NCBI GenBank assembly: GCA_000320545.1
Contig: ADNK01003010.1
Location: 1 to 50,103 of the forward strand
Direction: 5' to 3'
Length of the DNA stretch: 50,103 nt
Source of the DNA: Bigelowiella natans CCMP2755
Lineage: Eukaryota > Protista > Cercozoa
Numbering within the stretch: position 1 is the first letter of the stretch; each line of letters begins with the position of its first letter. The position numbers and the translations under genes were made by a program. Of the stretch, positions 39,933-50,103 are shown piece by piece. The notes beneath the pieces were generated by a model. That model was not told the origin of the DNA and made no database searches. It worked only from the letters and a program-made list of their open reading frames with translations.

Positions 39933-41294
39933 AGTGCGCCCCACGTATCTACAGGGGTATTGTAAAACAGCCCTGGTTGGCCCCAATCAAATAATTCCGA
40001 CACAAACGAAGAGTCATTTTGCCATTCAAACCTAGTAGTTGTAGTTGTAGCATTATTATCATTAGTAGTAGTAGTAGTAGTAGTAGTAGAAGTCATAGAA
40101 GAAGAAGAAGAAGAAGAAGAAGAAGAAGGAGGAGGAGGAAGCGTTCATATCCTATCACGTCATCTCTCTCATTCAATCACTAGTGCAGTGAGTACTACTA
40201 CGAGTAGTACCAAAGGATTCCCTTCACAGGCACCGATATTGCACGCTTGTGCCAATTGTGCAACACCTTTTGTGCGTTGTGCATAGTGTACCACCCATCA
40301 GTTTGATTCATTTTAGAAGTCAATCAATCATTAAATAAAACGGCATTGAGGATGATGATTATGATGATGATTATGGTTATAATTGTTGTTGTTGTTGTTG
40401 TTTGTACTTGAACAATCTCAGGCTCCACTCGATTGTTTCGGTCACTTTCTACATCTTGCTGTTGATGATGACGCTTCCAATATACCTTGATAAACGAAAC
40501 AGATCATCTACTAGAAAGAAGGAGGAAATGCAGTCAATCCGCGATCCTAGAGATAACTATTGACTCATCATCACGTAGTAATTGTTATAGATGGATAGAT
40601 CATATCGTTTGGCATGGAAAGAGGGACACAGAAGCCACGAATTATCTTCGCAAGCGAAAATAATAACAAACTAACTTCACAGAAAGTGTTTTTCTTCTTC
40701 TTCTTCTTCTTCTTCTTCTTCTTCTTCTTTCTCAAGTAGTACTGGTGTTGAACTCATATAATATTCTTTTACTCGTCTTTGGAGAATTTGTCTTTTTTTC
40801 AGGTTTTGATTGATAGTGTTTGCAGACAAGAGCATACGGATGAACGCGTACCACGCCAATTGCAAGAACTAGCACCCCCAATGCAAGGAGATTCTCCCAA
40901 GAGAACAACCATTCGAATATTGTAGACGTAGTAGGCGGGGGGGGGGTTGCCGTAGACGTGTCACTCTTCTTCATAGTTTCCATCGTCGTCGCTTTTGATT
41001 CGTCCTCTTCTTCTCTATTATCCACTGTGCTCTTAGGTGATGACGATTTCACTGCCTCTGCTGCTGCTGCTGCTGCTGCTGCTGGTTTGACTCTTTCTGC
41101 TATGGCGAGAAAGACGTTTTTAATGCTCTGTGGATGGTTGGTACATGATATGACCGTTGGATTTGTATTGCTATTCTTATAATCTCCCTCATGGACACCG
41201 TTGTTGTTATCATCGTCTATAGAATCCTTGTCGTCTATTTGCGACGACGACCTCCTTCTAAGCACCTGACAAGATATGTGTTTGTATGTGTATT

Positions 41295-41335
<41 letters not shown>

Positions 41336-42080
41336 ATATGTGAATAAAATAGAATGGGTATTGGAGGAGATAGATGTATGCTAGGAAATATCCATTCCAA
41401 ATCAAAACATGTCATCGGTCAAGAATGTGTTAACCGAAAAGATAGGGATGTGTAGTCCTAACAACTCCAAGGAAGTACGCGTCTCCGCGATCCTAGATGC
41501 AGGGGTGAGGCCTTTTTGTAACGTTGCAGCGTTTGTCCTCCTCTGAGAATCGTCGCTGATATCACAGAGCAGGATTACATCGGCTCCTTCAAAGACGTCC
41601 TTGTCGTACTCGCCACAAGTACTCGAGCTTTCAGGCGCTGTTGAAACTTTGTACACGCATATTCGCCGCTCATCGCTATCATTTTGACTTCCAGAAATGC
41701 TGAAGACTGCTGCAGACGAAACCTATCAGGGTCATCGTAGTAGTGTGAATGTCAGTAAGCAAATTGCACGAGAGAATCATGATCCGTCCATTTCAATACT
41801 TCGGAGAATAGATACCTCGATTGCTATGAATCAAATACAAACAACTTGCTAGATTAGAGATGAGCTTCTGACCCCGGGTTCATTTCCAGCTTGCATGTTG
41901 CCCCACTTAGCCAACGAGGCCACCGTGTCCGCTTCCCCTAGCAGTGCGACACGTAAGACACCCCCGGACTGTGAGGACCCCTCCGGTCGGCCCACAGCCT
42001 TGTGATCACCTGAAAAGGAAGAAGTCACAATGGGCGCGCTTTCGGTGGGTCGCGGGTTGCAAGGTGCTACCGAGCTTCAT
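33719..42080 (-). CDS. Membrane-anchored JmjC (cupin_8-type) 2OG/Fe(II) dioxygenase with an N-terminal degenerate small-GTPase-like domain
   Basis: JmjC motifs GQPGLFYNTPVDTW...KWT, HVWIGG, AQIHYDCSHNFYVQLFGRKRVFLFPP, LYPRLHPHHR|QSQVDF, YPGDVLYIPPFWMHH, SISVSLW. The 5' exons join in frame through the 78-nt exon at 40408-40485. The 3' exons continue to TLMQDYVEEFL...SHCG* at 33719. Some internal junctions are unresolved. Confidence 0.85.
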
Positions 42081-42287
42081 TTGCTTCGAAGGGCGGCCCG
42101 AAGGACAGGTGTTGTTTCTATTGTTTCACGAAAAATTGTTAGAATTATTTTGCTAGCATATTATCCCCTGATCAAAGGGGAATAGATGAATCGATTCCCA
42201 TTCTATCGTGCGACATTCAATCCCGGCACAATTTATAAGTCAAACGGCCCACCAGAGAAGTGCACGTCGTCTGCCCCTGCCTACATC
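42081..42287. promoter_or_regulatory. Short divergent promoter (207 bp)
   Basis: Lies between the head-to-head ATGs of the JmjC fusion gene and the carrier gene. Confidence 0.45.
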
Positions 42288-42830
42288 ATGGCAGAGAAGA
42301 AAGTATGCTACGGAAAGGAGGAGGGTTGTATGGGATTGTTTTTCTCTCCTAAATTCTAATCGTCTATTTGCAGGCCAATGACTCGACGTCAGCCTCTCCC
42401 CCACCAAAGGAGGTCTCCTACAAGCTTGCAAGGAATCTTGCGGCAGGGACGATGTGTGGGTGCTTCGTGGTAGTAACAACTCTTTTTGAACGATAATTTA
42501 ATTCAATTTACAAGATAAAGTTTATGTGGTGCTAACTCTTGTTCGAATACCGTTCTAATAAGCACCTCGTTGTTAGCTTCATTGTTATTATTTTACCATT
42601 GTCCATGACCGTTGTGTAGGTAATGACCTTCAATCCGTTGGACTGCCTTCGCATAAGATGGCAAGTTGAGAAAACACATCACGGAGTCTCCTTATGGGAA
42701 TTCTCTCAGAAAATCATTAAAAAGGAAGGACTTTGGGGAGGTCAACATTCATCCCTTGTTGTAGTTTCGAAGCTTCCTTGTTTAATATCCAATGATACTA
42801 GGGTAAATTTATGAATATCATAATCACAGT

Positions 42831-42896
<66 letters not shown>

Positions 42897-42908
42897 CCTC
42901 TCTCCCCC

Positions 42909-42947
<39 letters not shown>

Positions 42948-44550
42948 AATATATATATTGTACTACGTCCGCATCCATCGATGCAGGTATTGACACTACT
43001 CTTACATGTAACTTGCCATCACTTCGCTAAAGGACTTTGGAGGCCTGGTCTTTATGCGAATGGTGCCGCAGCATCTATATCTGTAGGTACTCGTATGGGT
43101 ATATATCCTTTCTTACGAGATGGAATAATCAAGAAGCTAGAGCACCAGACAAAGCACCCTGGAGGTAGTAGTAGTAGTCGCACACACATTTAGCAGTTAT
43201 TGTACCAAACAACAAATTATGCCGACTGAAACTGGAAGGTTCACCATGTCAATCTTGATAATAATTTCCTGCATGCTATGATTTTTCCCTATCTTCTTCT
43301 TCTTCTTCTCGATCTTCTTTTATTCCTTTTTTCTTTCTTAGTGATGTTCATAGCGGGGCTACTACCTGGAATGTTTGGATATTGGGTATCTACTCCTCTC
43401 TGGCAAATAAAAACCAGATTGCAGGTGGTGGTAGCTCCTTTTAATAATAGAAACAGTTGCCATCGCAGGCACACTCGCACGCACATACTCTCGCACGCAC
43501 ACATGATGATAATGATGCGATAATAATGATGATGAATTGGAAGGAAGGTAGAAATGTATGATTGATATGGAAAAATATGAATATACTACATAAACTTGAT
43601 TCAGGCAGAGACTGGATTACTAGTCAATGGAACGTATACTACCGGGGCATGTAAAGGACAAAAACCGACGATGATCGGACTCTTTGATGGCCTTTCGCGT
43701 GTATACCAGCAGGACGGTACACTCTGACCAACCACATTCTCCCCGAGATTGAAAACAATGAGAATTACTACAGCAAGCTCTTTTCTCAACTTACTATTAA
43801 GACTGTTCCTTTTTTTTCACGTACCATTACCCTTCTACCCTTCCAATTGTAGGTTTTTTGGCACTTTATCGGGGTGCTTTACCGCTGATGCTTCGAGGAG
43901 GCATGATGAGCTCCGGCCAGGTGCTAAGATCATTTCAACAAGAATTCCACCGTTTTTCCCATCGATCACGCTAGAGTTTTGCAATATGATTGATGAACAT
44001 GAAAAAGAAGAAGAAGAAAAAGGAAAAGATGAAGACAGGACAATTTGTTAAGAAATGTCCGTGTATCATCGACTTCTACCTCATCAATATGCAGCAACAG
44101 CAGCAGCTAGCTCCTAGTATTTCATGTTAAAATCAAAGGCACAGCTAAAGGGCATGTCTTCCAATCTAATGATGGTGATTTGTCATCATTGCATAACAGT
44201 TTCTTGGTTATGATTTCACCAAAACAAATGCTAAATCCTATGGACTACTTCGGGATGGGCCTCTTCTTCATGTTCTGGCATCTTGCACGGCTGCCTTTTT
44301 ATCAACAACGTACTCAGGCTTGCAACACATATACACCTGCAAACATTTCTACCTTCCGAATTTAGCTGTTTAATTCATGTATGTAATGGTGGTGGTTATA
44401 GTGGTGGCGGTGGTGGTAATGCGAGCTTCATTAACGTAACTTATGAAGGAAATTATGAGGAGAAACTCTTCCATCTATGTGATTTCTTGGAGTTTCAGTA
44501 TTAGATGTTGTCTTTATAGTTTAGTTCTTTGCATGTTGGTGACTGCTCTT

Positions 44551-44581
<31 letters not shown>

Positions 44582-45275
44582 CCATCGATCAGATTTGCTG
44601 CCCCTTTCGATATTATCTTAACCCGCATGCAAGCTGCGCCAGCTTTGGGTATAAAATACTCAGGGCCTATACATTGTGTTCAAAGCATGGTGAGTGTGTT
44701 ATCATCATTGCTATTATTATTATTATTATTATTATTACTATTACTATTATTAAGCACAAGAAAGCAGAGAGAACAAGATGAGATATTGATCTGCCAGTCG
44801 TCTTAGTGGCCACGATGAAATTATTCTTTCTTATTTATGATGATAATGATGATGATGATGACGATGTTGATGGTGGAGACAATAAAGTAGTGCAGCACAC
44901 CATTCTTTCTTCTTCTGATGAGCAAATCGAGAAATAAATGTGATCGGGGCTTTACTGCTGCATCTTAAACTTATTTATATTCATTTTTTATCAGATCAAA
45001 GAAGAAGGGGTTGCGGTTTTTTATAGAGGGTGGACGGTGTTCTTTACAAGAGTCGCTCCAGTCTTCACGGTGCTGATGCCTTTGTACGAGCAGGTACTAT
45101 ATACTACTACTACTACTACTTCTATTAAATAACTTACCACCATATAACAGCGGCTGTATGTAGGAGATTGTTTTTATAGTGCATAAATACGAACGAAGAA
45201 TGCATAATCATCATTGTCATACCGAGCTATAAATAACAGGTGCGGTGTCTTTTTGGATTGGGCTACCTGGACTAA
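42288..45275 (+). CDS. SLC25 mitochondrial carrier (OAC1/SLC25A34-35/UCP/DIC-like), about 11 exons
   Basis: Three carrier repeats with PLDCLRIRWQ, PLWQIKTRLQ and PFDIILTRMQ, plus EGLWG|GLW, GFFALYRG and EGVAVFYRG; ends VRCLFGLGYLD*. Confidence 0.93.
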
Positions 45276-45944
45276 TAGCAGTGAGTAAGTGAACTTGGGA
45301 AAGGACGATAATGATGTGCTACGATTGCGTTTCGAACCGGTATACATGTAATAAAAAGGATTACGGCATTAGGCAGGCTAGGAATCTATAAACACTCTAC
45401 ATAAATCGTGTGTTGCAATGAAGTACGTAGTAGCGCATACGGTGCAAAATATAGCCCATCATTTCAAACCTAGCAAACATTGGCTTGTCATGTTCTCATT
45501 CATTCGCTGAATCGCTTATACACTCAAGTCTTGCTAGCGCTAGCTAGCTCTACTAGTCTAGATATGTCATGTGTGTCTCTCGAGGCACATCAAGCAGACA
45601 CGCATGCTAGCATGACTGATCGACGCGCTTTATTGTCAATCGAACGCGCATGAAATTGTTGCATGCTAGCATGATGCGCCAGCAAATCAAGACGATTATA
45701 TATATAATTGTCTGCCATCATACGGTCTAGCAGTCACGGCATGTCACTTTGAGAAACATTGAATTTGATTACTGTCTAGAAGTCAGGTGCGTGCATGGCT
45801 GATAGCGATCTCTACTACTACTACTACTACTTAGAACAGCCTCGCTGCATATGTTGCGTTTCGTGTTCGATAGGCAATGGTTATACGTAACGACCCGAAA
45901 TAGATATACGATTGTTTTGGTATAAAAGCTGTCACTGAAAGCGA

Positions 45945-47198
45945 TTACAAGTCGTCGTGCCTTTTCCCCATTAGATGGTCGATTGTTGGAAGTTCAAGGG
46001 CTGACAAATCTTTACCGGAGAGAAGTGCCTCCATCATCAAGCCATATTCCTCTTTAAAAGTAGTAATAACAGCGGAAAAAGCAACAACAATGATACATTA
46101 TGCGACATCATCATCATACTGTTGAATTATGAACCACCTTTCTCTTGAAGTGTCGAGTCATCATTAATCATCATCATCATCATCATCATCAAATGTGTTG
46201 CAAACAATTAATACTTACACGAAACTGCCACTGCTACTAAAAATGTCTTTCTCTTTTCTAATACATTACCTTTGAGGGCGTCCATGTCAATGTCCTTCAT
46301 CCGGTCTTTCATGCCTTGTGGTAGTCCAACAAAATGTGTGTGGTTATGTAATTGAGCAACAGCGACAGGTTGTAATCATAATGCACAGAACGCTAGAATC
46401 ACAAGTCAAACTGCAGCAGCTGCTATTTTCTCCTTTACTTCGGGTAGTACCACTAATGTCACTACTGCTGCTACTACTTAGTACCTTCACTAAATCCTGG
46501 AAGGCCCATTCCAGACATTGTTTGAAGCATAGCTGCATGATGATGATAATAATGATGATGATGATGATAATGATGATGATAATGATGATGATGACGATAT
46601 GAGGATTTAAATCACATAAGTTCCTTCAACTACTACTAGTAGTAATACTTTTAAACTCATCCTCGCCGACTCCTGATAGCATGTCTTTGAGATGGTCAAC
46701 ACCAGGAATTCCTCCTCCTCCTCCTCCTCCTATTCCTATTCCATCGATCCCCAGGTAGGCAGGGAGGGAGGGAGGGAGGGGTAAGTAGGTAGGTAAGTAG
46801 GTAGTAGTAGTAGTAGTAGTAGTAGTAGCTATTCAACTAATATGTCCTTCTGCTACTACTACTGCTACTACTACTAATACCACTTCATAAAAAAATATGG
46901 GTAGATATGAGTAGTCATATACTATACCCCCTCTTATTAACCAGTATTTTATGAAATAGTAGTAGTAAATAGGGGTAGTAGTAGTAGCAGTAGTAGTAGT
47001 AGTGGTAGTGGTAGTGGTAGTGGTAGTTGAGGCTGTATGAGTAGTAGGAGGAGGAGGAGGAGGATGAGTAGCTAGCACCTCCTTTCTGTTGGATCTTTTC
47101 CGTAAGCTTCTTCACATGTGGATCCTATTATTAGTCATTCAATGAGGAGGAGTAGGTGCCGGCATATAGCCATGGTGACGACCATATTGATGGTACTC

Positions 47199-47231
<33 letters not shown>

Positions 47232-47972
47232 TGTGGATGAGCCACTGATGGGGAACACTACTCGCGCGCGCGCGCGCGCACACGCTGTCGATTAGTCATC
47301 TGATCATATGTGTAACAACAATTGCACATAGTACCACTGCGATTGTACAGCACCCCTTTTTATCATCATCGTCACCATCATCATCACCATCGGATAAACA
47401 AACAAACAAATGGGCAAACAGATAACACAGCTACCTGCTGCATTTCCTGTGTTAGTCGTATGATCTCTTCGTGTGACCCTGCTCCACCCTACATTAACGA
47501 TGATGATAAGAATAGTCGTGTTATTATTAATAATATCAATACCAGCAATGACTAATGGTGATGATTCCACTTTCTTCTTTCATCACTACTACTACTACTA
47601 CTACTACAACTACTACTACTTTCACCGTCACCGTCCTTACTATCACATCTCCTCCTTCTCACCCTTCTGCAACCATATATTATTACCTTAGTTAATGCCT
47701 CCATAAATCTTTCAGAATACTCTTTCATTTTAGGGTTCTTCTCCACCTGCAGCAGAGCATGGACTAATGAGCTTGTATGTATACGTATATATCACATATA
47801 TATATATATATATGCTTTTGTGTGTGTGTGTCTTGCTCAGTAGGCCTACGACGGCAAGTTGTTGTTGCTGCTGCTGCTGCTGCGGAGTAGGTACTAGTCT
47901 GCTACAGTACTGCTAGTTGTAGTATCTATCTATCTATCAGTACCAGATTGTAATGTATATCGTTATTATTGA

Positions 47973-48012
<40 letters not shown>

Positions 48013-48767
48013 ATCAGTTCTTACCACGTCCATCATTTCAGCTAACTCGCTCGTCATAGCCTCCAAGCCGCTTATATTAGCAGTAGGAGGAGGTGATAAG
48101 GAAGGAAGGAAGGAATGAAGGAAGGAAGGGTGGGAGGGGGGGGGGGGGGGGCAAGAATGAGAGAGAGAGGGAAAAAAGAGGAGAGCATTATAAAGGTAAC
48201 AACCCAAGATGGATGACTTCATCGACATCATCATCATCATCACAATAACTGTTATGTTTGCTCATTCTTCCTTTTCTTTGCATTTCTGAAGGAATGGCGG
48301 TGACGGTAGCAGCGCAAGGTGATGATTATGAAGATATGTGACGATTAGTAGTAGCAGTAGAGCTAGTACTCACGCTGAGAGAGGGGAGGAGCCTCTGCGT
48401 CGGCTTTTCTTCTTGCGGCTAGATTTTCAAGTCAAAGCAACAACAACAGCAACATCAACCAATGACAATCATGAGAAGATAAAGAAGAGTTTGAAGATGA
48501 AGAAGATGCATTCCACGATACCTCCCAAGATGTATATGCCGCCATATTCTGTTCGCGGTTAAAGGTTTCATGTGCTCTGCAAGCTCCGACTTCGATATTG
48601 ACTTAAGATCTTCCAGCGTCTCAGGTATCTCCCCCCCTAGAAATCGGTTGAGTATCTTCTGGTCCTTCTCGGAGAGACCCTATGTAAAAGTAATAGTATG
48701 TTTGGATGTTAAATAAGGAGGAGGAGGAGATGAGCGATCTAAGATTGAAAGCATATAAGTAGTCGTC

Positions 48768-48800
<33 letters not shown>

Positions 48801-49645
48801 CAGTACCTCCAGCCATTCATGGTATACCCATTCGTCATCATTCTTGTTGTCCTCATCTCCAAGCCCATCCTGGTAGTAGTATGTAGCAGTTTCAAGGCGC
48901 CGTCATTTAGCTTGTTAGTAAATACTCGTACTTCCTCACTACTACATGGACTACCATACTTGTGTATTATGATGTGATATTGTATATTCTTCTTATTCTT
49001 CTTCTTCTTCTTATGTAGCAGTGGTGATAATATCGGATGATCAACCAGGCCTAGCAGAGAACTCAGCAACCCATCAGGACCTCAAAGAGAAGAGAGAGAA
49101 GAAAGAGAGAGAGAGTATATCAAGATTCAGCTATTATTACCCAGACAAATTGCAACAACGGTGAAAATGCTCATCTTATTTTCCTTATTGTTAGTGCGAC
49201 TACCTGCATTCGGATCTAATCCCAGATTTCCCATGACTTGCTGAGAAATCTTATGCAGCGACTCCTGTGGGTGTAGCAAGATTATCAACTTCAGCAAACT
49301 TATATTGTATAGTTCAGTGCGTGCTTGTGTTTCGATGATAACATGCTTGTACACTAACACTACTACTACGAGCATTTTGTAGCAGTGTGCGTTTATTAAG
49401 GGCATGGTGTGTGTGGTAAGAGTGATAAGTACTGGTGACATGAGTTCTTTGATCTTCTCCTCGGTCAAATCATCCTCGGTCATGCCTAAGGAAGAAACAC
49501 TACTTATTAAGGAAGAGGAGGAAAAGGAGCAAGAGAAGAAGCTGCAGCAGATGAGGCGGCACGAATATCTTGTCTATCGTCTTCGCTTCATTTTCCTCTT
49601 CTTCTTCTTCTTCTTCTTCTTCTTCTTCTTCTATAACTACTTTAT

Positions 49646-49676
<31 letters not shown>

Positions 49677-50011
49677 ATCTATCTAGTGTAACCACCTAGC
49701 ATATTCATAAGAGGTTTCATCTGAGCAATCTAAGGAATAGAAGCAGAACGATATAGTTATCATTTTTATCATTATTACAACAACATACATGCTGAATGAT
49801 TGGGTGGTGAAGCATGGTGATGGTCATGCTGATAATACGAATGGTACCCTCTCCTTTGTTCCTAATAGATGAGTAGTAGTAATAGTAATAGTAGTAGCAG
49901 TAGTAGTAGTTGTAGTAGGTGATAGTAGACCTGGGCCTTAAGGGCGCTGCTGCTATCATCATCATCATCCACTTCAGGATCCATCATGGACTTCAACCTT
50001 CGAGATTATGC

Positions 50012-50087
<76 letters not shown>

Positions 50088-50103
50088 GTTAGTGTGTGTG
50101 TAT
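45945..50103 (-). CDS. Multi-exon hypothetical protein with a SAM-like domain (5' end outside the window)
   Basis: Exons WVYHEWLE|GLSEKDQKILNRFLGGEIPETLEDLKSISKSELAEHMKPLTANRIWRHI (SAM-like pattern); last exon EEYGLMMEALL...KRHDDL*. Confidence 0.65.
50015..50084. repeat. Compound (TA)n(TG)n microsatellite
   Basis: Directly visible. Confidence 0.95.

Noticed and set aside
33719-40311. JmjC dioxygenase as the enzyme causing the adjacent hypermutation
   Set aside because: It is a TM-anchored cupin_8-type JmjC, not TET/JBP, AlkB or a deaminase; adjacency in a eukaryotic genome is not evidence.
3910-42250. GGCCC (site II-like) motif near most gene starts
   Set aside because: The pentamer also occurs many times in exons and introns; no evident enrichment.
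1-50103. CRISPR arrays, tRNA/rRNA genes, prokaryotic operons
   Set aside because: No repeat-spacer array or recognisable structural RNA seen by eye; the organisation is eukaryotic.

Overview
Gene-dense eukaryotic nuclear DNA with short GT-AG introns, most carrying microsatellites. A signal peptide plus Arg-rich transit-like leader on a bacterial-type Der GTPase points to an alga with a secondary plastid, probably chlorarachniophyte-like (inference). Manual splicing gives about 10 genes: plastid Der/EngA (partial), three orphan multi-exon genes (one with an EF-hand), an intronless TraB-family gene, a PHB-depolymerase-like esterase, a type II (gamma-like) PI4-kinase, a degenerate-GTPase/TM/JmjC fusion, an SLC25 mitochondrial carrier and a partial SAM-like gene. 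The most striking signal is non-genic. A decayed TIR transposon (27.2-28.2 kb) and an intronless island holding a ParB-like relic (32.8-33.5 kb) have lost almost every TpA dinucleotide except those inside CTAG, and are rich in TpG/CpA. This suggests a sharply localised, context-specific TA->CA/TG hypermutation (A->G at T-A-H) aimed at parasitic or intergenic DNA: a RIP-like defence of opposite polarity. All counts and exon models are by eye and unverified.
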